From Eledone cirrhosa (Eukaryota): 64,000 bases of DNA. The translations under genes were made by a program, and so were the position numbers. The notes under the pieces were generated by a model. The model saw nothing but the letters and a program-made list of their open reading frames with translations. It had not been told where the DNA came from and did no database searches. This document shows, piece after piece, positions 11,693 to 23,261 of this stretch (the stretch's first letter is position 1; each line of letters begins with the position of its first letter). The stretch is taken from positions 75,516,001 to 75,580,000 of the forward strand of contig OZ024741.1 in assembly GCA_964016885.1 (NCBI GenBank), in the 5' to 3' direction.

Positions 11693-13332
11693 AGCATGTG
11701 AAAGGAAAAACACTTTATTGTTATCAATTGGGAATAATCACAATGCTCTTTGTTGCACTGGAAATCTATCAAGAAAGATTATTGCAAGCTGGACTGGTTT
11801 AGCATAATTTCTAGGAAAGACAATGACTTCATACCAAAGCTATTTATATCAATAATTCAAGGTATGTATGCATAATATAAAATCAAATGAAGGAAGCCAA
11901 TGTTCAGAAAAAATATCATCCCCAGGTACAAGCAAAAATTGCCATGAGACCAAGAACAAACGTCGTTTCAAATCGATTGAATGAATGCACAAACCTTTTG
12001 ACAAGGAAAAACACTTAAGAATGTCGCTTGTACACATTGAAGAGAAAATAAAATGCTCAGATGAAAATAGGTGAGCTGAATAGAAAACTACAGCCTGAGA
12101 AACATTTAAAAAAAGACAACCTAATTTCTGTTTTTAGATTTACAAAAGAATAAGTATTCAGTGGATTACAAAATAAAAAGAATTTAAAAAAAACGTTATT
12201 CTTCATATAAATTCGTTAGTTTTCTGTTTAGGCCATGTAGCTTTTTATTTTGCAATCCCTTCATCCAGAATTCTCTTTTTGATATCTTGGTAGGAGACAT
12301 ATGTTTATACTTATATTAAAACCTATCATCCCAATTTTATGTTACAAATTTCTGTTAACTAAGTTTCCAAACATCAACTTAATAATGTAAAAGTTAGTTA
12401 TATTATTAAATTCCTAAAAATTTGTTATTACTTTCAAAATAATTGAAACACATTGGCAGTGTATATCATTAGAAATAAGGTAATAAAAGGGTTAAAGAAA
12501 TTCTTTATTTACTGTACTCCTGCATAGGTTTATGGGAAATATAACTTCTGAATGCCATACACATTGACCATGTTGAGGCAACACCTTAAAGGGACTTAGA
12601 CAATCATATCAACCCCAGTGCTTATATTTTCATGTGCTGAATCGCTAAGAGACTTTTAGTAGCATCTTCAGTTTGGAGAACAACCAGAAATCAAAAAAAC
12701 GAAAAAAACAGAAAAAAATAACGTCAGATACTCTTTTTGACAGACCTTGTATATACAATGAGTTTCTACAGTTTTCGTCTACCAAATTTCACTCACAAGG
12801 CATTGGTTGCCCCAATGCAGTTGTAGAGTCACTTGCTGAAAGTGTAATGTAGTATGAGTAAACCTAAAACAATGTGGTTCCAAAGTGAATTCTATAACTG
12901 TACAGCCATGTCTCTGCCTATGCATATACAGTGCTTCTATGAAGTATTTTCATAAAACTAGCTGATGAGATCTGGCATGACTGAGACATGTTTTTTTTCT
13001 TTCACCCAGTCAGTTTTAATAACAAGATTCACACCTATGTACATTGTCTTTCTTTTCCAAAGCAATTTTGATTTTCAGTAACAAAACCTTACTTTAACAT
13101 GCCACCACATAAAAAAAATCTCATTCATATATTTTGATACCGACCTACTTAGAAACAACTCCAACTCTCTTAGAAAAGTATCTAACCCTTTTAATATTAA
13201 ACCACCTGGAAGCACACATGGCTCTATGATACAAAGCTGCTTATTTTAAAATATTTATATTTATCTTTAAAACTTTCCATCATAATTTTATGCAACAATA
13301 ATTGCTATGTTATGCTCCAAACACCAGATAAA

Positions 13333-13503
13333 TAATTGTTTCTACTTTTGGCACAAGGCCAGCAATTATTCCAGTGCATTACTGGTATTTTATTTTATCG
13401 ACCCCGTAAGGATGAAAGGCAAACTTACCCTTGGCGGGATTTGAACTCAGATCATAAAGGGCTGTAACTCTATGTTGCAAAGCATGGCGTCCGACCCTCT
13501 ACC
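13333..13503 (-). mobile_element. tRNA-derived SINE
   Basis: B box GAGTTCAAATCC on the - strand and the conserved core gcctttcatccttacggggtcgataaa. Confidence 0.85.
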
Positions 13504-13994
13504 AATATAATGAAAATTAACTTGAGATCAGTTGAGTATTCCACAGACAAATGTAACCATAACGTATTTCTTCACCAAAACAAGTGTAACACAATATATC
13601 ACATGGCTCGGTCTTTGAATTACAGATACACTCCATCCAGTGGAGTTCCACACATTTCTATCTAGCCAAATTTACTTGCTAGGCTTGGGTTAACCAGAAA
13701 CCTAGATAAAAACACAGGAACTTGTGAGTGATTGTGAAATGAATTTAACTACTCAGCCTTACCTGTATTGTCAGACAAGATAATACAAGTTATTTGAAAC
13801 TGAACATCTCTCCCCAAAACTGTGTGCATGCTGAGCAAAATGTATAAAATTTCGTGCAATATCCTTAGCTGAAGAAATGAATTAGATCTCAGAAAATATA
13901 TTTATTATCATGCATAGTTGGTCATTTGAAAAAATGTTTGGTTGGCTGGTTGGTTGATATAGTGATGCATCAATAAACATCAAAGAAGATATTT

Positions 13995-14024
13995 CAAGTG
14001 TGTGTGTGGATATATGCATACACA

Positions 14025-14089
<65 letters not shown>

Positions 14090-14370
14090 CTTTATACTAA
14101 TATACTGTTATTGTTATGTATTGTTCTCTAGTGCAGTTCTTACTATTTTTTACTTGTATTATATTATATTATATTATATTATATCATATATAGCACACAT
14201 GCACACACATGTGCATGCTTGTATGCATATATATGTACATATATTCATATATAACTTATGAATACATATATATGTGTGTATGTGTGTGTTTGTGCATGTA
14301 TGTGTGTATATACATATATATGTATGTATATATACGTATATATATGTATGTATGTATATATATATGTATG

Positions 14371-14467
<97 letters not shown>

Positions 14468-14468
14468 T
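13995..14468. repeat. (AT)n/(GT)n compound microsatellite
   Basis: Long ta runs; the YI/IY ORFs here are artefacts. Confidence 0.95.
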
Positions 14469-15054
14469 GATTTCGATTGATGGATATATTGCTAATAGGA
14501 AACACGAAAAACACACTGAGCTACTTGTAATATCATATTATAAAGTCTGTGAGAAGGAAATGATGAAAGTAAATCTGGAAACTAAAAACTAAAACCTGGG
14601 AAAAGCAATCAGTAAACATAAAAGGAGGAACATTAAGAAATAAGGAAATGATACAATACATGTAATGTGCACACAGACACACATACATTCACAAAACAAA
14701 CAAGCATAAAAACAGTCACATACACAAATGCACGCATACACAAGCAAACATTAAGACTGACAGATATAAACATTCAGTGATTCATATGGACACATGAATT
14801 TATATATATTGAAATGTTTATTTCTGTATATGACTACCTACACATTTGCAGATACACACACACATGGTAATATGTGTGTTTATATATATATTAATATTTC
14901 AATATAGAAAAGCTTCTCTAATATAGAAAAGATTCTCTAATATAGAAAAGCTTCTCTATATTAAAACATTTATACTCTGCTATGTATTGAGTACCTTACT
15001 TACTGTGGTTACCCCCGATTGAACCCGGAATACCTTTTATATATATATATATAT

Positions 15055-15220
15055 ACAAGCACTCACTGTAAATGAGGTTGGTGTTAGGAAGGGCATCCAG
15101 CTGTAGAAATCAAGCCAAAATCAGTTCCTGTATGAGCAAGACTCAGTCACCCAACCTGGCATTGCCCACAACAGGACAACCCATCTAACCCATGTTAGCA
15201 TGGAGGAATGGACATAAAAC

Positions 15221-15257
<37 letters not shown>
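15055..15257 (+). mobile_element. RTE/SINE shared 3' tail with (ATG)n
   Basis: ggttggtgttaggaagggcatccagctgtagaaa...cgatgatgatg. Confidence 0.8.
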
Positions 15258-15258
<1 letters not shown>

Positions 15259-15479
15259 GACAAATTAATATTGGTGCTCTGAAATAGCAATGTATATATG
15301 AATGTATGTATAGTATATTTGATAATATACTGTATGTTTATTTTAAAACATTTTGAAGACCATTCGCTATGAACTTTAAAGTAGTGACTACAAAAGCAAA
15401 GTGAGGGAGGAGAGATAGAGGGAGAGGGAGGAGGAGAGAAAAATATACATATATATGAAGGAGAGGAAAATAATTAAAT

Positions 15480-16250
15480 TGTCCCCAGTGTGTTACTGGT
15501 ACTTTCTTTTATCGACCCCGTAAGGATGAAGGGCAAAACTAACCTCAACAGGAGATTCAAACTCAGAATGTAGAAAGTCTTAACTAAATAACACTAAATA
15601 TTTTGTCCTATGCTCTAACAATACTGTAAATTCTCTGCCCTTGATGATAATTGTTTCTACTTTTGGCACAAGGCCAGCAATTATCTCAGTGCATTACTGG
15701 TACTTTATTTTATCGACTCTGTAAGGATGAAAGGCAAAGTTAATTTCAGTGAGATTTGAACTCTGCCCTTGATAATAATTGTTTCTACTTTTGGCACAAG
15801 GCCAGCAATTACCCAGTGTATTACTGGTACTTTATTTTATCGACCCTGTAAGGATGAAAGGCAAAGTTAACCTCGGCGGGATTTGAACTCAGAATGGCAA
15901 GGGCCATAACTCTATGCATCAATGCATGGCGTCCGACCCTCTACCGATACTGCCAATCCCCCGCCCAAGGCACAAGGCCAGCAATTTTGGTGGAGAGGAA
16001 AGCTGATTAAATCAACCACAGTGCATTACTGGTACTTTATGTAATCGACCCTGTAAGAATGAAAGTCAAAGTTAACCTCAGTGGCATTTGAATAATGATA
16101 AAGTTAATAAACATTGGCACAATGCTAGCCAATTTAGAAGAAGATCAAAGTTGATAAAATCAACCCAAGTACTTAACTGGTACTGTATTTTCTCAACTCC
16201 AGAAGGATGGCAGGCAAAGTTGACTTTGGCAGGATTTAAAGTCAGAATGT
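15480..16250 (-). mobile_element. Cluster of ~5 tandem, same-orientation tRNA-SINE copies and fragments
   Basis: Repeated ttactggtactttattttatcgaccc..taaggatgaaaggcaaagttaacc; the copy at 15777-15965 is complete. Confidence 0.85.
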
Positions 16251-16298
16251 AATCAAGCAGAGCCAATATCAGTGATTTCTTTTATTAACCACAAAGGT

Positions 16299-16550
16299 AG
16301 AAGAAGAAGAAGAAGAAGAAGAAGAAGAAGAAGAAGAAGAAGAAGAAGAAGAAGAAGAAGAAGAAGAAGAAGAGAGGTGGAGAAAGTAGTAGAAGTAGTT
16401 GTTGTCTGGTATTTTGTTGTTTTAATTATTGTTCATGGTGATGGTGGTGGTGGTGTTTTAGTAGTAATAGTTGCTGTTGTTATTGTTTTAGTTGCTTTTG
16501 CTGTTGCTGTTGGTGGTAATGTAGCAACTGTTGTTTTGTTTTAATTTTAG

Positions 16551-16582
<32 letters not shown>

Positions 16583-17110
16583 GGTGGTGGTGGTGGTAAT
16601 GGTGGTGTCATTTTAGTTGTTGTTGTTGTTGTTGTTGTAGTGGTTGTTGTGGTGGTGTTGTTTTAGTGGTTGTTGTGGTGGTGTTGTTTTAGTTGTTGTT
16701 GTTGATGGTGGTGGCAGTGGTAATGGTGGTGTTATTTTAGTTGTTGTTGGTGGTGGTAATGGTGGTGATGTTTTAGTTGTTGTAGTTGCTGCTATGTTGG
16801 ATTCTTTTTAATTCTTGTAATTTCTGTTGTTTGTGGTATTGTTGATTTTCTTTTCTTTTTCTTCTTTTTCTCATCTAATGGAGACGTTTTGGTTATTTTT
16901 GTTGTCATTGTTGCTTCATTCATATATGATATTGATGGTGGTAGTGATGGGGGAGTGTAACGTATGGGAGTGATGATGGGGTAGGGGGATGATGATGATG
17001 GCAATGATGATGATGATGATAAGTGAAGGTGGCAATAATGATAGAAGTAGATGATGATGATGATGATGAGGAGGAGGAGGAGGAGGGGGAGGAGGAGGAG
17101 GGGGAGGAGG
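16299..17110. repeat. Compound trinucleotide microsatellites (GAA)n, (GTT/GGT)n, (GAT)n, (GAG)n
   Basis: Read directly; gives poly-R, poly-V and poly-S pseudo-ORFs. Confidence 0.92.
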
Positions 17111-17393
17111 ATAGTAAGAACATTTATCTTCTATGGGAATTGCAATTGTTGTTTTTTATTTCGTTTTTGTTTTGTTTTGTTACTTAATTTTAATGTTTCA
17201 TTTCACATTGGTTTCCTGTATTGGATATAAAATGAAAAGAAAGTAAAATTGCAGCTTTTAATTATTGCCTGATTGAATATTGATCTTTTAAGCACTAGAC
17301 TAACATTGTTTTTTCATTGTTTGTTGTTTTTTTGTTTTTTTCTTCTATTTAGTGAGATCAGGTGGAGAGCAATGTCCATGACCCCTTTTAAAG

Positions 17394-18519
17394 CAGGGAT
17401 CAGCAAACCTTTTAAACCATCGACCCCTTCATGGAATCCTTGATCCCTCATTGACCCCAGACATGTACAAATAAAAATAAATCAATAATAATAATTAAGT
17501 AGATGTGCAGTTTCCATGTACATTAGTGCAGGAAACTGCATACCAAACCCTGCTTTCAATATACATCAGAATGGAAAATTGCGTACCATATCCTGCAAAA
17601 CTATTCTTCTGTATCCCCTCCTTCTGTGAATATGTTTCATGAAATATTGGGAAACAAACAGGGAAAAATGTTTACTGTCATAGTGTCAGAGGAGTTTCAT
17701 GACAGACAGATAATTGTTTCTACTTTAGGCACAAGGCCACCAATTACCCAGTGCATTACTGGTACTTTATTTTATCGACCCCGTAAGGATGAAAGGCAAA
17801 GTCAACCTCGGCGGGATTTGAACTCAGATCATAAAGGGACGTAACTATGCTGGAAAGCATGGCGTCCGACCCTCTACCGATACTGCCAATCCACCAGACA
17901 GATAATGGTAGGTAGATGGACAAGCTGAACTTCTCAGATCCCTATACTATACATATGCACTGCATTTGCATTACACCTAGTTTTGATACCAAACCCAACA
18001 TCAATAATAATGATGAGAGAAAAACTTCATAAATAATACAGGTAATATTAAATGCATTAAAAATAAATTAAGATACCTTTTTATTAAATCGGTTGACATC
18101 ATTAATAGGAAGGATGTGTTTAATGAACATCAGATAGGACATTGATATTTGGCTGGAGATTGATGAATTTTAGTTGTAAGTCACCACTCTTCCTGGCTCA
18201 GTCTGTTCCTCTGCTTTGTTAGAACTGCATTTGCATGGTTAAAATCTGCTTCAACCATGTACAAACTTGGGAATGAAAGTAAAAATGGCTCAACTTTTGC
18301 ACTAAGCTTGGGGTATTTAGTAGCATTATTTACATTGCTCCAATAGACACTAAAGCTTTTAATTCTGAACAATGATTTAACTTCAAGATCCACACCCATA
18401 TCAATGAGTTCCTCTTTTAAGTGAGATTCAATGTCTGCATTTTCTGCATTTCTGCATATCAAACAGGGTAACAATCCAGTTGGGTTCGTGTATTTTCTCC
18501 AGGTCCTCGAAACATACAT
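17394..18519 (-). mobile_element. hAT (Buster/Charlie-type) transposon 3' remnant, interrupted by a SINE
   Basis: KYPKLSAKVEPFLLSFPSLYMVEADF..LTKQRNRL resembles the hAT C-terminal dimerisation region; cagggatcagcaaacc at 17394 resembles a hAT terminus. Confidence 0.7.
17712..17896 (-). mobile_element. tRNA-derived SINE
   Basis: A box TGGCAGTATCGG and B box GAGTTCAAATCC; flanked by a repeated agacagataat (TSD). Confidence 0.88.
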
Positions 18520-19075
18520 TAAAGTTTTCCCTTAAAATTTAAATAGCCCTATTTTTACTTGAAAGCCTATTCATATTGCTCAGACTTGAATAATTATAAA
18601 AGCTTTACATCATTTCTTATCAAATGTCAGCATTCAACCCCTTGCATTTATCAACTGCTTTATGAGTCCCATCGATGCCCAGGAGTCAATATCAACCACT
18701 TTCAAGAGTCCTGCTTTAAAGAGTCAATAAGGGAGCTTCTATATATTCATTTGACATGCAGCTCTCATTGTATATACTGTAATTTGATCAGCACGAGGGT
18801 TTGAAAATGAACATTGAACGGTGATGATGATGATGATGATAGGCTGACTTACTTCACCAAAGAAAGTTATGTCAGACTTTTTAGGAATACATAAGAGAGA
18901 ATTAAGAACTATGAATAATGAATAAAAGATTAAACTGGTGTTATTCAATTTTGATTTGCTTGTGTTGTACATAAAGTTGTATGTAGTTTTAAATGTATGT
19001 ATTTTTACAGTAATGTAGGGTATGACAATTTCTTTATATAATACTTGTAATTAATTAACTACCAGTTATATACAA

Positions 19076-19195
19076 TAATTGTTTCTACTTTTGGCACAAG
19101 GCCAGCAATTATCACAGTGTATTACTGGTACTTTATTTTATCGACCCCATAAGGATGAAAGGCAAAGTTAACCTCGGCGGGATTTGAACTCAGTC
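19076..19195 (-). mobile_element. 5'-truncated tRNA SINE
   Basis: Same core; tacaataat repeated on both sides. Confidence 0.8.
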
Positions 19196-19551
19196 CGTAC
19201 AATAATGTATTATAATAAACTGTACACACGGCTATATATGATTTTTTTTATTTATATGAACTCCTATTGTGTTAGATTATAGGAGGGATGCTTTGTCAAG
19301 TAAAATTGTATCTAAACTATCGTTCCGGGGCAGAACTGGTTTGTAAGATATATATGTTGCGTAGTTTTTGTGCATGCATTTTGGGCAGTGTTTGGAGAGT
19401 TTGTTCAGTACTTATGCCCACTTATCTCTGTGTGACATCCAGGGATGGTTTGCCGTTACAATAACACTGAACTAGTGGGCCATCCCCGAATCAAAATGGT
19501 CCTCTATTTTCCATTCTCTGTTTGTGTTCGTCATAATCCTCTTATCATATA

Positions 19552-20469
19552 CTAGCAGTAAAGCCCGGCGTTGCTCGGGGTCGCTCAGTAGCTGTGTTAA
19601 AGTTACAATGTTAAGTTTCTTTCTTGGCTTAAAAACTGTAGTGTCTACTGTGCAGACTTGCGTGTGGTGTTTTTGATTAATATTCCCTCAACCAACAATA
19701 TGCCTTATGAAGTTAAGAAAACATAACGATAACCCGAATGTTATAACAAAAGAGGATGCTGGGGATAAAAACTGCACTGGTTATTTATTAACAAAGATCG
19801 AAAATGTAAACACTGCAACGCAGAGAAAAACATTAGCGTAACCAAATTATCAGTTATGTCTGTCTGCACGCCTATATCACCTCTCTGCACGACTGTCTGT
19901 CTGCACGCCTATATCACCTCTCTGCACGACTGTCTGTCTGCACGCCTATATCACCTCTCTGCACGACTGTCTGTCTGCACGCCTATATCACCTCTCTGCA
20001 CGACTGTCTGTCTGCCCGCCTATATCACCTCTCTGCACGACTGTCTGTCTGCACGCGTATATCACCTCTCTGCACGACTGTCTGTCTGCACGCCTAACGA
20101 CGAAATATTTGCTTGTTTTACGTAGTCTTTAAATAGACTTGTTTTCAAGTAAAAATATTGTTTTAAAATGCTTTTAAATGGAAATGAAGCAAAAAAACGC
20201 TGAGAAAGCCAGCGTAATTTTTTACGTAAGACGCTCAATGTAAACAGAACAAAGGGAAATAACTGATAACTTATGCTCAAAAATCGATACATTATATTCG
20301 ATTTCGTCACATAGGGTGGGTCAATCTGAAATTATTTTTTTCCGATGTCTTCGCTAGGGCTCAATGTACAAGTATAGCAATTTCGGTGCAATTCCGTGAG
20401 AGATTCTAAGAGGAGATGTGTGCCAAAAATCGAAAGACAGACAGACAACCACAGTTTTATATATATAGA
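19552..20469 (-). mobile_element. Non-autonomous Helitron
   Basis: - strand begins A|TCtatatatataaaa..(tctg)n and ends with hairpin cccgagcaacgccggg then CTAG|T; inserted at AT with no TSD. Confidence 0.82.
19857..20096. repeat. 37-bp tandem array (~6.5 copies) inside the Helitron
   Basis: Unit ctgtctgtctgcacgcctatatcacctctctgcacga, nearly invariant. Confidence 0.95.
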
Positions 20470-20632
20470 TAACTAATTCTGCAATCAAGACCTGATGAAA
20501 CTGCCTAAGTCTTCAATCATGACTGGATGATGAAACTGGGCCATTGAAATGGAAATAGGGCTTTTGTGGAATTAAAATTCTAAAGATAGTTTCTATTCCA
20601 GCCTTCTGTTATTTTTAATGTATGTGTATATA

Positions 20633-21020
20633 TCATCATCATCATCATCATCATCAACGTTTAACGTCCGTGTTCCACGCTTGCATGGGTTTGGACGGGG
20701 GTTTTCCCACTTGAGGCAAGAGTGATTGTCTTGCTCGCATAGGACTGTCTGGCAGGTTTTCTACAGTTGGATGCCCTTCCTAACACCAACCACATTTACA
20801 GTGTGGGTCTGGGAGGTTTTTACCGTGTTGCCTACACGGCCACATTACAGCGTGGACTGTGTGTTTTTTTTTTGTCGTGACACCTACACGATCTCATTTG
20901 TTTCGGCCTGGATGGTGTGGCACCAACATAACTTTACATAGAAGGGGGCGGTGTGGATGGGGTGGAGGGGGGTGTATTTTGTTAGAGATGCCTACTGACT
21001 GTAGTAGGTTTTACTTTGTA
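20633..21020 (-). mobile_element. RTE 3'-UTR fragment
   Basis: Near-identical to the reverse complement of 57435-57830. Confidence 0.88.
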
Positions 21021-21199
21021 TATATATATATATTTAAAGGTTAAACAAGGTTCGATGAATAAATCAAAGAATTAGTTTTACAATAGATTGGAAGCACTCA
21101 ACAGGTAAGGTATATAAATATTGAGTTTTGTCATATCTTACTCACTACCATGACTGGATCTTAACCATCTACTGTGTCAGGGTATGTCATGCACTATCT

Positions 21200-21266
21200 T
21201 ATTTTATCTGATGAGGACGTACTGTTAAAGTTAGCTCAGTACCTCTGAAATATGTATAATAAAATA
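21200..21266 (+). ncRNA. Type I hammerhead ribozyme
   Basis: tattttat CTGATGA gga-c-gtactg..cagtac-c-tct GAAA tatgta TA ataaaata; 8-bp stem I. Confidence 0.8.
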
Positions 21267-21401
21267 TACTTGATCACAATGAAGTTCTATTTTTGTTAAT
21301 ATTTTGAATGAATATATATATATATACATACACACATACACACATTATTATTTTTTTTTTTTTACGTCCTCTTTCCAAAAACGATTATTATTAAAACATT
21401 T

Positions 21402-21469
21402 AATGGACTTTCGAACATTTCGCTAGTCTGGAGTGCTCATTCCAGTAAGAATTACTCTTCAGAGTCAAT
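21402..21469 (-). ncRNA. Decayed hammerhead motif
   Basis: - strand gact CTGAAGA ..ctgga..tccag.. GAAA tgttcg AA agtc; the NUH site is mutated. Confidence 0.45.
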
Positions 21470-21526
21470 TATATATAATAAAATTTACTTTACATGTGAG
21501 AGAAATAAGCAAAGCCGTAAATAATT

Positions 21527-21564
<38 letters not shown>

Positions 21565-21765
21565 TTAGTTATACTATTTATGGTTATGTAAACACAAAAC
21601 CTTAAGCAGTTGTAAGTATTTTACACACACCCTAAATAGTGGTAGGCAGTAATGTATTACTACCTTATTACCAGTAAGTTAAGTAGCTCAATGTAAAAAC
21701 ATCAGATGATTTACAGAGCAGTTATATGAAATATAAGAATCAAAGAACTGTTCAAAACATTATTG

Positions 21766-21812
21766 TGCTTACAGCTGTTTCCTCCAAACCGAGGTTTGGA
21801 TTCTTCGGAGCA
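21766..21812 (-). ncRNA. Hammerhead (U4C variant) in the sense 3' pLTR of the PLE
   Basis: tgct CCGAAGA a tccaaacc tc ggtttgga g GAAA cagctg TA agca. Confidence 0.72.
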
Positions 21813-23261
21813 ATTTATTAATGCATGGACAGTTATATGACCTCCTTTTCAGCCGAGAGACATACCAATACATATTCAAACATTGATACATATTCAAACA
21901 TTGTGGGTCAACATTCATTACAGAATTTAGAGTGGCAGTACACACTTCGAGATTACATTTATATTAATAGGTACAATCAAAAATCAAAGATATAGGTTAA
22001 AGTACAACATGAAGATAAGTGGTTATATAGTGCAAATGTTATATGTGTGGCACGCATGTGCGTCTTGTTTATATAGTGTGGCAGAGAGATATGTGTGGTA
22101 GAGGCACTTAGGTAGGTAAATAAGAGTGTTAGGTTGGTAGATCTGGTGGCAAAGTCTTTATATGATTGATATAGTCTGTGTGTGGAGAAATATTATAAGC
22201 ATTAAAGATAGTGCAAGCATTAAAAGTGTTATAAGTATTGGAGATGCACAGCGCAGGGATGTCAAGTAATTCATGTACTTCGGCATTTTCAAGGTCAAGG
22301 GAGTGTATATTTCGATTATATGCCTTTCACATAATCCACGACAATCCAGTTAGAGATCGTAGTCTGGTGTTCTTTAGTTCGATACAGGAGGTTGTTACGT
22401 TTCGAGAAACGCCATTGAATACCAGAAGTGTGTGTGTGGCTAAGGGGAGTTAATGCATGCGGGGAGGTAACTCTGGGGTTTCTATATCTAGCCATTAAAA
22501 TGTGTCCCAATATAGACCCTAAATTCTATGGTGAGGTGCACCTTCCAAGGGAGACTTTTAAAGTATAAAGTGTACTAACTATAGAGTAGTTTAACTAAAT
22601 TATGCTGAAGGTGATCATATTAATATTATTATTAAGGTGGATTAACCCATCTTAAGGTGCTACAAATGGAAATTATAGATGATGAGCGAGGATTCTAAAA
22701 TAATGATCTCTGTGGTTGTAGTCTGCTCATATGACCAGGCGCGGTGATTGCAGGATTGCTTCAGGACCCAATGATCTCTGGTAAGATCTGGGTCATCGCT
22801 TGCTACATTGGATGTCGAAAGATAATCGTCCCCAGGCAGGCCAAAGGTCAATCCGTAGTCCTCGCGACCCCTCTCTGACCGTCAGATCATCCATATACGT
22901 ACAACCCGCACGGCAGTTGCATTGCATTCACTCACTGCGCTCAGCAGCCCGGTCCTACTGGTCAACAGCGCTACTCGATTAAATCATTTTACATCTGTCT
23001 AAGGAAGGTGTTTCCTCTGCCCAACACCATCCAACCGATCAATTCATGCTCAAATTACCCTTAGAGCGGTGTAGTGCCGTCCAAGTGGGTGGATGTTGTC
23101 ACTCCTGCCGTAGAGGTATAAATGGGTATTTTCCCTGCGAAGGGTTCCAGAGGGATGTCGTTATTTGTGTTATAATGGATCAGTTAGTGTTGGGTATGTA
23201 GTATAGGGTGTATCTCTGGTGTTTGATGCTAGATGTGGTGTTAGGTTCCAGTCCGACATTG

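Noticed and set aside
11815-12075. Possible small exon (ag|..|gtatgt) and an adjacent semi-open frame
   Set aside because: Weak acceptor, an in-frame stop and no recognisable protein.
12625-12675. CTGAAGA..GAAAA on the - strand (similar near-matches at ~6690, ~12962, ~20492, ~43900, ~56711)
   Set aside because: No closing stem I or NUH site; not counted as hammerheads.
19857-20096. CRISPR-like array
   Set aside because: Contiguous tandem units with no spacers and no cas genes, inside a Helitron.
22755-22805. SECIS-like hairpin (ATGA..TGA) in the PLE 3' region
   Set aside because: Quartet register and apical AA do not fit, and the retained PLE ORF has no in-frame TGA.
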